Origin: Malacoraja senta | Lineage: Eukaryota | DNA: 60,000 nt | Direction: 5' to 3' | Assembly: GCA_038087875.1 (NCBI GenBank) | Contig: CM075991.1 | Coordinates: forward strand, 13,146,001 to 13,206,000 | Shown: in pieces, positions 10,883-21,981 of the stretch | Numbering within the stretch: the first letter of the stretch is position 1 | How the letters are laid out: every line of letters starts with the position of its first letter | The notes under the pieces: generated by a model | The model's input: the letters and a program-made list of their open reading frames with translations, nothing else | Told to the model about the DNA's origin: nothing | Databases searched by the model: none | Program-made: the position numbers and the translations under genes

Positions 10883-12954
10883 GTAAATGTAAAGTTGTCT
10901 GAAATTGCATAAAATGATTTGACTTGCTTTTAATTCGAACTTTGTTGTTTGTCCTAAAAAAGTATTTTGCAATCTATTTGCCAGGGAATCTCCTGACTCT
11001 CCAGTTTTAAACTAAATGTTCAGCAACACAAGTAAATAGAATGCGAAAAAAAAGGTATATGATTTGCTTGCCTTCATTGGTCAGGCCATTGAATATTGGA
11101 GTCAAGAAAGCATGATGCATCTTTGTAGGGCTTCAATTTTTGTTATCTGTTTGTGTTCTGTTTTCATCGCATAGCTGTGCCAGCTCAGATTCTGCCTTGC
11201 TCTGAGAGACGATGCATATGAGCAGCATGAACGAATTATGTTTATAGAGTGCTCCCTCTTACAATTGAACTTGCGTTGCATTGTCAAAAACATAAATGTT
11301 GATGTTGAGCTCTGCTACCATGTAAATTTTGTGTGGATGTAATAAATCTCAACACTGAGAAACATGTCCAGTTGAATAGATGATGAGTTTGTAATTGACA
11401 GGTGTGGTAAAATATGATTAATGCGATTTGTTTGTGAAGGACATCTGTTGTGGGTTTAATCTTCAGGATTTATAGATTTTGTCGAGTAAATAATCAGGTT
11501 TACATCTCTGAAATAGGCACTCCCACAAGAAGACTAGGGTTATCTTACAATCCCCACAGAGGATCTTCTGGGACTTGTCTTACAGCTGGCACACTGCAGA
11601 CATTGCACCAATGTTGGAGAGGGAAAGTTTTAAGATGCTGGAATATGGCTGGGGAGTGAGAATATTGTTTTCTCATTGAGACCCTGCCTCAGGACTCTGA
11701 GTGGAGAGCGAAGTGTCAATAACGAGGGGGGTAAGATGGACCACTAGGCGACATATGGACTGAGGAGGGTTGAAGGATGACAAGGACAATACAGTTGGGA
11801 GACAGGCAGGTGGGTGATCGATGGAAGCAGGCAATAAAATGGATGAAGGGGAGGTTGAAGGTGGACTCTTGTTAAAGTCCCACCCTTGTCTCTGAAATTT
11901 AAATTTAGTTAATAATCTGGGTTAAAAAAAATTATGTTATTAAGTTATTATGGCTGTAATCATAAAAAGTCATCTTGTTCACTAACATGCTTTCCATTGG
12001 GAAGAAATTGGTGGTTATTATCTGATCCAGCCTAGATGGCTCCAGATCCACTGATATAGTGGATTCAACAATGCCCTTTGAAATAGTGGAATGCCTAGTC
12101 AGCTACTGAATTCATTTATGGATGGGCAATAAATGTTGCCAAGGTCTCAATAGTAATAATTCAAAAGGTGCCCTTGTACTTTATTTCAATCCCTTGATCT
12201 TTCAATGGTATATTGGTGCAAGTAACACCATTCTAGGCTTTTTAAAACAATTTGTTCAGAAACCTTATCATTGCCAGTTTTTACACTTGGGTCCACCTCT
12301 CCTGATATATTTTAATTTGGATAATACTATTGGTATACAGGTGAACAGCCTGCACTACTTGTTATTCCACCATACTTGGTGCTAACACCTTGCTTGTAGC
12401 TCCCTTCGATCACAATTACTTCTGCTTGTATCACGTGCACAAGCACCCATTTCCATTATTACCCTGAAATGAGCTTAATTTCCCTTAAGATGTTCCTCGG
12501 TTTGGCTGCAAGAGGCCAAGACAAGGTTTGCAGTTCCTCATTTGCCTCATTCCTCATCTGGTATAGTTCAATTACTAATTATGATTTTTACATCTTACCA
12601 GTGGTTCTTGTTCTGTGGGCATCTGTTTCACAAAATTGCTTTTTAAGTGGGACTCTGAAATGCCTCTGCAAATCCACATCAAACACACATGTATTTACTT
12701 TCATTATTCTGCTATTTCATTAAATAGATTTGAATAAATCTATTAATGATAAAGGAGACTCAAATCTCATTTATCTTAAAACTCATCTTTTCAGTTTCCT
12801 TTCCCTTACCATACTTGCCTTATTTATTTATTTTTCAGGGGAGTTTGTGACACAAGCAAGGTTTCCATCTATTTTCTTTTCTAAGTATTTCTCTAACTGA
12901 AAGAGGGCAATTAAAAACCATCCATATCATTGCGATGGGTCAAGGCCTATGGGA

Positions 12955-13410
12955 TCTCCCGGTTGCCAATCAGTTTGACTCTTCTTCCCATTCTCAAACT
13001 GACCTTTCTGTCTTGGGCCTCCTCCATTGCCAGAGTGACGCCACACACAAATTGTAGAAACTGCACCTCATTTTTTGCTTGCGTAGCATATAATCCAGTG
13101 ATATGAACATTGAATTCTCCAATTTTAAATAACTTCCACTTGCACTCCCATCCCTCCCCCTAGTCTTTTTTTTCTCATCTCCACAGTTCTCCGTATTGTT
13201 TAGCTCTTGAGATCACACTTTCCCTAGCCACCAATGGGCACACCAGCCACCGGCCTGCAGGATGTAATTTGTGGCTGGCCCTTATTGGTCCTGTTCTTTT
13301 CTTACTTCCAGCTCTTCACTCCCCCCCCCCCCCCCCACATCTTATTTTCAGTCTGGAGAAGGGTCCCAACCTGAAACGTCGCCCATCCTTTTCCTCCAGA
13401 GGTGCTGCCA
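12955..13410 (+). mobile_element. Penelope-like element 3' remnant
   Basis: Same GIY-YIG C-terminal motif and terminal repeat as 1833-2275. Confidence 0.6.
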
Positions 13411-14049
13411 CATGCAATAACTGTGTTGTGTGATCCCACAATCAAAACTCTGTATTCCTGACATATTGCATATTGCGTTGTGATTAGAGAATGAAACAGC
13501 TAATCAGAATACCATAGTATAGCAATTAAGTTATTGAGTTTGTATGCAGAGATTTGAAGTATTGACCTGGAAATAAGATTTAATCCTGCCATGGCAGCTA
13601 AGGATTATAAATTGCAGATTTTTTTTTAAATCACTAGAGTATCCATAGCAGTGTTTATGAAAATATCAGAATGTCCTTGAAGACAGGAGATCTGTCATCC
13701 TTATCAGGTTCAGATTAACGAAATCACTTGGTTAAGCTTACTACGGTCAATATCATGGGGGTTGAATTGAGTAAGAGCTTCTCTGGACAAATCCAAATAA
13801 ATACTATGGTTTTAAAACACAAGTCAAAGGTTGGTATCCTGTGGGAAGTGACTTGTCTTCTGATTCTCCTAAATCTTGCCACTGTTTACAAGGTCCGAGT
13901 TAAGAGTACTTTGCTGTTCTGAAGGTACTCTTAATGTATACCTTGTAAAAGGTGGTAAGACTTATTCTCTATTTGCTTTCGTGAATGTAGCTCAAAGATT
14001 GGTGTTAACTAAGGGAAAGCAACACTCTTGATTGACATCTCATGCATCA

Positions 14050-14630
14050 TAGAGTCATAGAGTGATAAAGTGTGGAAACAGGCCCTTCGGCCCAACTTGT
14101 CCACACCGGCCAACATGCCCCAGCTACACGAGTCCCACCTGCCTGCATTTGGTCCATATCCCTCCAAACCTGTCCTATCCATGTACCTGTCTAACTGTTT
14201 CTTAAATGTTGGGATAGTCCTTGCCTCAACTATCTCCTCTGGCAGCTTGTTCCATACACCCACCACCCTTTGTGTGGAAAAGTTGCCCCTCAGATTCCTA
14301 TTAAATCTTTTCCCCTTCACCTTAAACCATATGTCCTCTGGTCCTAAATTTACCTACTCTAGGAAAGAGACTCTACCCGATCTATTCCTCTCATGATTTT
14401 ATACTCCTCAATAAGATCACCACTCATCCTCCTGCACTCCAAGGAATAGAGTCCCAGCCTCTCCCTCATGCTCAGACCCTCCAGCCCTGGCAACATCCTT
14501 GTAAATCTTCTCTGTACCCTTTCCAGCTGGACAACATCTTTCCTATAACATGGTGACCAGAACTGAACGCAATACTCTAAATGCGGCCTCACCAACGTCT
14601 TACACAACTGCAACATGACCTCCCAACTTC
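14050..14630 (-). mobile_element. CR1 LINE 3' fragment
   Basis: LVRPHLEYCVQFWSP...LERVQRRFTRM...FSTQRVVGVWNKLP. Confidence 0.85.
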
Positions 14631-15562
14631 ATTGCAAACTATCTTTCCCTTTGTTCCCAGTGCACCATGGCTATTCAAAACGCATTTCAGTTGCTCACCA
14701 AGGCTACATTAGTCTTTCTCAAACTAATAAGCATAAAGGTATATGAACGCTACCACCTACAAGGCCAAATTGGACATAAATATATTGTCACCCTTGGGTC
14801 TGTTCAGTAACACTTAATTCTAGTTATTCAAGCAGGCGGTTACACATTCTTGAAAGACAATTATGGTTGGACAATAAATCTATTAAAATAAAACAAGAAC
14901 TGTATTAAATGCTATTCTCACAACTTGTGCTGATCCAATGCTTGAATGTGGGATTTCGGGTGGATGTAAGACTTCCGATTGCATTAGGTTAAAGAGCAGT
15001 GGAGTTATTCTCAATTCATCCACACAGCATGATTTTTTTTTTTAAGTGGACCACTTGCTTTTGTGGGATTGCTTTGCAGAAAATCATAAAATCGTAAGTG
15101 ATAGGAGCAGAATTAGGCCATTCAGCCCATCGTTTGCTATTCAATCATGGCTGATCTTTCTCCCCCTCCTAACCCCTTTCTGCCTTCTCCCCATAACCCC
15201 TGACACCCGTACTCACCAAAATAGTTGACATAGTTCTACTCTACAACAATGATTGCTGTTTAGCTTGTTACAACATTTTGAAAGTTGTTGTATGTAAAAG
15301 TACTTTATTAATAACACAACAAAATAATATGAATGGTAAAATGTATGGAATAGAAACACAGAATATAAAAGCATGGAAGTTGAAGCTTTGTGGGAGTGAG
15401 TGTGCACAGAGTTCACGTTGCTTCCTGTGCAATTGGTGCCATGATGATGCTGCTGTGATTCTCTTAATACTTCCAACATCATGGTTTCTTTTGAATTCTT
15501 CCCTGTTAAATCGAAACACGGTGGTTTTTATTTTCAACTGTACTATTCATATTTTGCCTCAG

Positions 15563-15761
15563 GAAACAACTTGAAGAGTGGTTAGCTTCTAAAGGGAAGA
15601 CCTACAAACGCCCTCCCATGCCAACCCCTTTGAAGAAAGTTTTCAAATCTGTAAAGAAGAATTTGGAGTGTTCTTTCTTGGAAGCACTGGAAGAAGAACA
15701 GAAGAGCCTGGCAGATCGGGTGCACCACATGTTGAATGACTGCATGAAGCTGCTAGAGAGG
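15563..15761 (+). CDS. CKAP2L: CKAP2L coding exon 5
   Basis: RKQLEEWLASKGKTYKRPPM, the hallmark of the CKAP2_C domain in CKAP2L; canonical AG/GT, phases 2/0. Confidence 0.95.
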
Positions 15762-15914
15762 GTATGGACGTTTTACCAGGATTGACAGCGAGATTAATGC
15801 TTCCCAAAAAAATTAATTGTCCCTGCTCCAGGATGAGTGCTGGAAGTGTTGTAGAGTATATTCAAATAGAGGTTTTGTTATGGGAAGCGCATCTTGGAAT
15901 CAATCAATCGATAA

Positions 15915-16700
15915 GAAGGTAGACACAAAATGCTGGAGTAACTCAGTGGGACAGGCAGCATCTCTGGAGAGAGGAATGGGCGACGTTTTGGGTCGAGACC
16001 CTTCTTCAGACTGATGTCAGGGGAGCGGGCAGGACAAAGATAGAATGTAGGCAGAGACAGTAAGACTAATGGGAGAACTGGGAAGGGGATGGAGAGAGAA
16101 AGTAAGGACTATCTGAAGTTAGAGAAGTCAATGTTCATACCGCTGGGGTGTAAGCTACCCAAGCTGTTCCTCCAATTTGCGCTGGGCCTCACTCTGACAA
16201 TGGAGGAGGCCCAGGACAGAAAGGTTTTTGGGAATGGGAGGGGGAGTTGAAGTGCTAGGCCACTGGGAGATCAGTTAGGTTTGCTGAGCCTGTGCTTGGT
16301 CTCCCTTCCACTCCCCCTCCCATTCCCAATCTGACCTTTCTGTCCTGGGCCTCTTCCATTGTCAGAGTGAGGCCCAGTGCAGATTGGAGGAACAGCACCT
16401 CGTATTTCACTTGGGTATTTTACACCCGCGGTATGAACATTGACTACTATAACTTCAGATAGCCCTTGCTTTCCCCCTCTCCATCCCCTTCCCAGTTCTC
16501 CCACTAGTCTTACTGTCCCGCCTACATTCTATCTTTGTCCTGCCCCCTCCCCTGACATCAGTCTGAAGAAGGGGAGGGGCCAGGCCAGGAAGAAAAAGAC
16601 CCAAAACATTGCCCATTCCTTCTCTCTAGAGGTGCTGCCTCACCCGCTGAGTTACTCCAGCATTTTGTGTCTACCTTTGATTTAAACCAGCATCTGCAGT
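15915..16700. mobile_element. Two Penelope-derived repeats in inverted orientation
   Basis: 15915-16260 is the approximate reverse complement of 16305-16680. Confidence 0.8.
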
Positions 16701-16863
16701 TCTTTCTTACACAGTCAATCGTTAAGGTAGGTACTAACTGCATGCAGTGGAATTATTTTCTTTCTTTTCCCAAATGGCAATCCTTATGGTATTTTCAAAT
16801 AGCTGCAAAGTAGTTATTGCTTCGTTGTGTTATATTTTTTAAAGTTTACATTGTTACCTTTAG

Positions 16864-17022
16864 GGTTCCTCGCCTGAACAAGTGTCTGAAGCATTGCGGA
16901 ATGTTCCTGGCGGTGAGAAGTTTGCCAAGTACTGGATTTGCCGAGCACATCTGCTAGAATTAACTGGTACGATGGAGGCCATCGTTGCTCTGTTTGAGCA
17001 GGCTGTTCACAGTGGTGCAGAG
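16864..17022 (+). CDS. CKAP2L: CKAP2L coding exon 6
   Basis: VPGGEKFAKYWICRAHLLE...LFEQAVHSGAE; 159 nt, phases 0/0. Confidence 0.95.
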
Positions 17023-17141
17023 GTAACTATATTTGTAACAACAAACTAAAATTGCTGATTTAAATGTTTTAAGTTTTGATCTTTACCTAAACATTCCTCT
17101 CTGGTGAGTTGCTTTACAATGAGAAACTAACTCTTTCACAG

Positions 17142-17214
17142 CCTGTTGAAGAGCTGCGGTCTGCACTTGTGGAAACCATCATGAGGAATGCAAACTCTCA
17201 CACATCCTGTACAG
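17142..17214 (+). CDS. CKAP2L: CKAP2L coding exon 7
   Basis: PVEELRSALVETIM; CACAG| acceptor, |GTAAAT donor, phases 0/1. Confidence 0.9.
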
Positions 17215-17728
17215 GTAAATCTGCTGGCATTAAAAAATGGAGTTTCCTTTAGATTTGTAAATTTAAAATGGTGAAAAATATATATTTGCATTTGTGTAAC
17301 TTCTTTGAGTGCTTTAGAACCAATGTTTTTATGTTGTATTGTCACTTTTCTTGACGGATATATGGTATCCAATTTGTGCTCACACCTAGGTTCCACAATC
17401 AATGTAATAATGGCTAGCTGATTTGCTTAATGTACATTGAGCCATAAATATCAGCCAAGATACCAAAGATGTCGCCCTGGAATCATCTTCAGCCATCTCC
17501 GTGGAGCATTAGTTCAATGTTCCGATAACCGGCATCTTTAGCATCAGTGGAACACTCTTGATTCGAATATTGTGCTCTGATCTTTGGAGGGAGGGTTGAA
17601 CCCACAATTTCTGTCCGAGCATATGAATAGCCATCTGTGCAATGGATGACGTTGACATAGAGATGCTGTAGTTATGAATGATCACTGACCATTTTTAAAT
17701 TTGCCCCGTGTTTTTTATATTATGATAG

Positions 17729-17876
17729 AAAAGGAAGATGTTAAAACTGAAGGTTTTGAAGAATCAGCTGTTGCCACGCCTCGTACAACATTAGTGGAGT
17801 CTCTGTTCAGCAAAATAGATGGGCATGGTTCATCCGTGATCAAATACAGAGTGACCGCAACACCCCAAGTGCTCAG
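17729..17876 (+). CDS. CKAP2L: CKAP2L coding exon 8
   Basis: VATPR...GSSVIKYRVTATP; phases 1/2, |GTAAGG donor. Confidence 0.85.
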
Positions 17877-18354
17877 GTAAGGTTTTATCATCAACGCCTT
17901 TCCCCCTTCTCCCGCCAAGAAATGATGGCCATTGTACTTGTCTATATTAATCCCTTTAACTCAAATTTTTCCCATAACCCATGCCTTGACAAATCGGATG
18001 ATTCAGATTTTGATAGCTTGATATTTTCTAAGTACTTCAGGTGCCTCTGTTGTGGTTCAATGTTCTTAAACAGATAAAAACACAAATAAAATCAGTGATC
18101 AAGCAGTACAATCTTTATTTCGCCATACAGAGTCGCTTGTTATTGGAAAAAGGTATATCAACATATTTGTTAGCCTTGTAAGAGCTTCCTGCTGACTTTG
18201 CAATTAATTATGAGAAAAGTAATAGCCTGTCTTTAATTTCAGCTGAATCCATTTTTGTACAGAATAAATCTTTTTAATTCAGGTGGCAACTGTACAGAAT
18301 TAAATCAAAGAGGTGACACATTTTCAACATTTCAAAATCGATCTTTCTTTGCAG

Positions 18355-18571
18355 AACAAATGAGCTTCAAAGCAAAATCCGATCTCATGGGAAGCAAGAT
18401 CTGAGGTTCCTCACCCCAGTCCGGCGCTCGGTTCGCATTGAGCATGTTTCTGCTTGGCACCCTGAGATGTTGAGAGAGCATGACTACTGTGTGGCCTCCC
18501 TAAATGAACTTTTAGCTGAGGATGAGGCTGAAACATTTGTTTACAGAGAAAACAAGGCTTTGCTGGAATAA
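18355..18571 (+). CDS. CKAP2L: CKAP2L last coding exon
   Basis: QDLRFLTPVRRSVRIE...PEMLREHDYCVASLNELL...FVYRENKAL then TAA; whole model 2409 nt = 802 aa. Confidence 0.95.
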
Positions 18572-18659
18572 CAGAAATTACACTGATATCCTTTAAATGC
18601 ATTTTACATACTATCCACATTAGCTATCAGCTTATTTGTATTGTTTTAAGAATGTATAT

Positions 18660-18665
18660 AATAAA
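18660..18665 (+). terminator. Probable CKAP2L polyadenylation signal
   Basis: AATAAA about 90 nt after the stop. Confidence 0.55.
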
Positions 18666-19074
18666 CTTGTTGTTTATTCGGTGCTTGGAACTGACTTTAA
18701 ATAACACTCAGACACGGGAGTAAAACTAAGCAGCTTCTTTATTCCAGGAAGCCACCTTGTGTCTCTCCTGCGCATGCGTACCATTGCGCAAGACATCACA
18801 TATGTTAATTCTATTACATACACCACATGCCTCCCCTTTAACTTGGAGGCAGGTAACACCATTTCTATTACATACACAGCAAACTATTGGATTCAGAAAC
18901 TTCAAAAGCATAAAAATAGTATATATTTAAATGTGCTAACGTCTCCTTGTCAACTACCTTCTTTCTTCACAAACACCAATATTCTGCTGCTTGTTTTTAC
19001 TTTGCTGTATCTCAAGGAATGAGGAAAGCAACACAACAAGGAATAACTAAGTTTGCCAATTATGAAGAACTTTG

Positions 19075-19157
19075 CTATTACAAATCTCAGTGTGGAGTAC
19101 AGAGGCAAATAAATAAATGATGGGTCTTTGTCTCAAACATTATGGAGGGCACTGTAG
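19075..19157 (-). mobile_element. Isolated Tc1 terminal inverted repeat
   Basis: Reverse complement reads TACAGTGCCCTCCATAATGTTTGAGACAAAGACCCATC..., matching the Tc1 end at 59333 onward. Confidence 0.75.
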
Positions 19158-19316
19158 TACATTGGCAGAAAAACATTTCAGTTAATTCTGTCCTCTTTTC
19201 CAAGAATGGAAAATGTCAATCTAAAGTATTGCTTTTAAGTTAAATGCTGGGTTTAGGAAAAGAGGACATGCAATTAAACAGATTTTTTTTTAAAGTAAAT
19301 ATAATGCAGATAGCGC

Positions 19317-19322
19317 TTTATT
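19317..19322 (-). terminator. Candidate poly(A) signal of the IL-1-family gene
   Basis: AATAAA on the minus strand about 90 nt after the stop at 19412. Confidence 0.45.
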
Positions 19323-19411
19323 TCACACAGTGATTAAACCTTGAATGAGGCAGAAAGTAGTTTGACCAACAGTTATATTCGGGGAGATTACTGGCCATCT
19401 TCCATCGTGGT

Positions 19412-19600
19412 TTAATCTATTTTTTGAATTTTAAAATATTTGGCTTCCATGTTATTTGTGTCATTGTCAACCGTCACCTTTTTATTTGCGTGGTGGATAA
19501 ACCAACCTGCTGCCAGACATGACTCAAAATATATTCGCTCATCGGACTGCACCACCTTTTTAAAAAGGAAAGCCTCATTGGTCGGCTTTCCTTCGTTGGG
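19412..19600 (-). CDS. IL-1-family cytokine, last exon (PNEGKPTNEAFLFKKVVQSDERIYFESCLAAGWFIHHANKKV...YFKIQKID)
   Basis: TTTTTCTTTATTCCAG| acceptor, phase 0; FLFxK...FES...GWFI is a degenerate IL-1 signature. Confidence 0.8.
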   Translation of the reverse strand, partial: PNEGKPTNEAFLFKKVVQSDERIYFESCLAAGWFIHHANKKVTVDNDTNNMEAKYFKIQKID

Positions 19601-19935
19601 CTGGAATAAAGAAAAACAAATTATGCACTTACTGTATTTGTAAAGCAAGCAGGCACACAATAGAAATACTGTAGCGGATCCCTTCCTGTCACAGGTGGTT
19701 CTGCTGCTTTGAGGATCAAAAGCATTCGGTTTTTGGCTCGAGACATATGCAGAGAACGTACAAACTCCATACAGACAGCATCCGCCTGAACCTGATTCTC
19801 TGCCGCGGAAAAGCAGCAACCCTACCATTGTGCCGCCCTAGGTCTTGGATGGTGCAGAGAAAGTGAGGGTTGGGGAAGATATGGTCTAATTCGCACTAGA
19901 CTGTTCAATAAGTGTACAACCAAAGAATTATTTAC

Positions 19936-20060
19936 CTGTAGTATGAGCTTTCGGCTGTTTCCCTGACCGATGCAGACCGATACCGATGAGTATTTCCCGG
20001 AATCTTTGCTAAAATGCAGAGATACAATGTCATCTCCATGTGGGGTGATTTTTACCTTGG
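19936..20060 (-). CDS. IL-1-family cytokine, penultimate exon (AKVKITPHGDDIVSLHFSKDSGKYSSVSVCIGQGNSRKLILQ)
   Basis: ATTTCCAG| acceptor, CAG|GTAAAT donor, phases 1/0 as in IL-1 genes; open frame with beta-strand pattern. Confidence 0.75.
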
Positions 20061-21568
20061 CTGGAAATCAGATAAGAAAGAAGTGAGACACAGCCATTCA
20101 TTTTCTGTTGCAATTGCTTGTTGGCAGCAGGGTTTGCACCTAATTGCTGCCCAGAAATACTTGCTACGGGTACAATAGCAGTAGAGTTGCTGCCTCACGG
20201 CACCAGAGACCTGGGTTCGATCTTGATCAAAGGTCCTGTCTGCACAGAATTTGTACATTCTCCCCGTGACTGAGTGGGTTTTCTCCAGGTGCTCCGGTTT
20301 CCACTCACACACCAAACACCTACAGATGTGTAGTTAATTGGCTTCTGTGTAATAGTGCTAGTGAACGGGGTGATTGCTAGTGCACACTGTATCTCTAAAA
20401 TCAAAAGTTAACTTTGCCCAGTTCAACACAGAATGAGAAATTACAGATTTTGATGCTAGTTTCTCATGGTTGCTGCATTCCAGTTTTTCTAATGTAACTT
20501 CTGACACAGGAGACATGAACAATCCCACAGTCATCTAATGACTGCAACATTAATCACCACCAGTGTTGATTTAACCCATTGGTGTTGATCACGATACTAT
20601 ATGATAGAACTTTATTTATCCAAGGAGGAAAATTGATCTGCCGTCATAAAAACACAAAATACATGAAACAGGAATTAAAGTGACAAGTGGAAAGGATTGG
20701 GGGATGTGCAAAGATTTGGGGGGGGGGGAGTCGGTCTACCCCATGACAGAAGAGGGAGGAGTTCTACAGTTTGATAGCCACAGAGAAGGATGTCCTGTAG
20801 CGTTCTGGAACCAGTTTGTTACTGAAAGTGCTCCTCAGGTTGATGGAGGGGGTGAGCTGTATTGTCCAGGATACTCCACAGTTTGAGGAGCATCCTCTCC
20901 TCCAAGACCACCTCCCATGAGTCCAACTCCGCCCCCAGGATGGAGCCAGCCTTTCTGATGAGTTATTAATCTTATTGGCGTCAGCAGCTTTTGCCCTGCT
21001 GCCCCAGCACACGGCAGCCACTTTCTCACCAGTATGTTGTAATGGCTTATTTCTATGCTGGAGCCAATTCTGACCCCACTGCTCTTTAGAATCATAGAAC
21101 CCTTCTGGGTAGAATGGGGCCATTCTGCTCATGGTGCCTATGCCAGCTTTTTCCAACCAGTTTAGAGACTGCAGGTTTGCAAGCTGGTGCCACTAGTGAG
21201 AACACAACAGCTCAAGAGTAGAACCTCCGAGTTCAGGACAGGCCCAATGACCCAAATGTCAAGTGGAATGAGCCGATGTAAAACCTATGGAGACTGAAGA
21301 GATATTCCTTCAATTGACCACCTACTCTCAGTTGGAATAATATTTAGTTAGCAAGTGCTAGAGACCGCCTGTATCCATTGAGAAAGCCTGGGGAAGAGCT
21401 GCAAATTTGACACTACAGGTAAAACTCATTAGTTTAATCAGGTACGCTAATTTATTTCAGATATTTTTGTTAAGAGTAGATCAGTTACCAGGTTCTGTGC
21501 ACAGATTTCTTTGCCAGCTGGCACGTAGGTTTTCTTGAGATGATTGGTGCCAACAAACTAGGGCTTAC

Positions 21569-21695
21569 CATTGCGGTTAGAATTCATGGACTTCAGTATC
21601 ACTTCGTTCGAAGATTCGTATATCCTCACGATTCTGTTATCTGAAGTGTAAATGTAATAGCTACGTTCATTGTCCATATTTCCGATGGTTTCTAC
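21569..21695 (-). CDS. IL-1-family cytokine, first beta-trefoil exon (VETIGNMDNERSYYIYTSDNRIVRIYESSNEVILKSMNSNRN)
   Basis: TTTTTTTTCACCCAG| acceptor, G|GTAAGC donor, phase-1 end joins the next exon; strong-Kozak ATG (AATATGG) at 21677. Confidence 0.7.
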
Positions 21696-21981
21696 CTGGG
21701 TGAAAAAAAAACATTTTAGGGTCATAGCCGAGAAGATGAAGTGACCATTTTATTTGCATTCACATAGTAATTCAAAGAAATCTAAAGCTGTAATTAAACT
21801 ACAATTGTAATGCTTATAATACTTATGACTGTAATGCTTATATTCCCTATATTTTAAATTCAAGTTACATAGTCTCCACTGTAATACAGTGCTGCCCCAA
21901 CTACGCTGAAGTCACGAGCTGTGTAATACGTGCGTTTGACTGTCCAAAGGCTGAGACCAAGCCACTGAAGTGCATATTGGT

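Noticed and set aside
19601..19828. N-terminal part of ORF 19412-19828
   Set aside because: Intron and SINE read-through; the real exon starts at the acceptor at 19600
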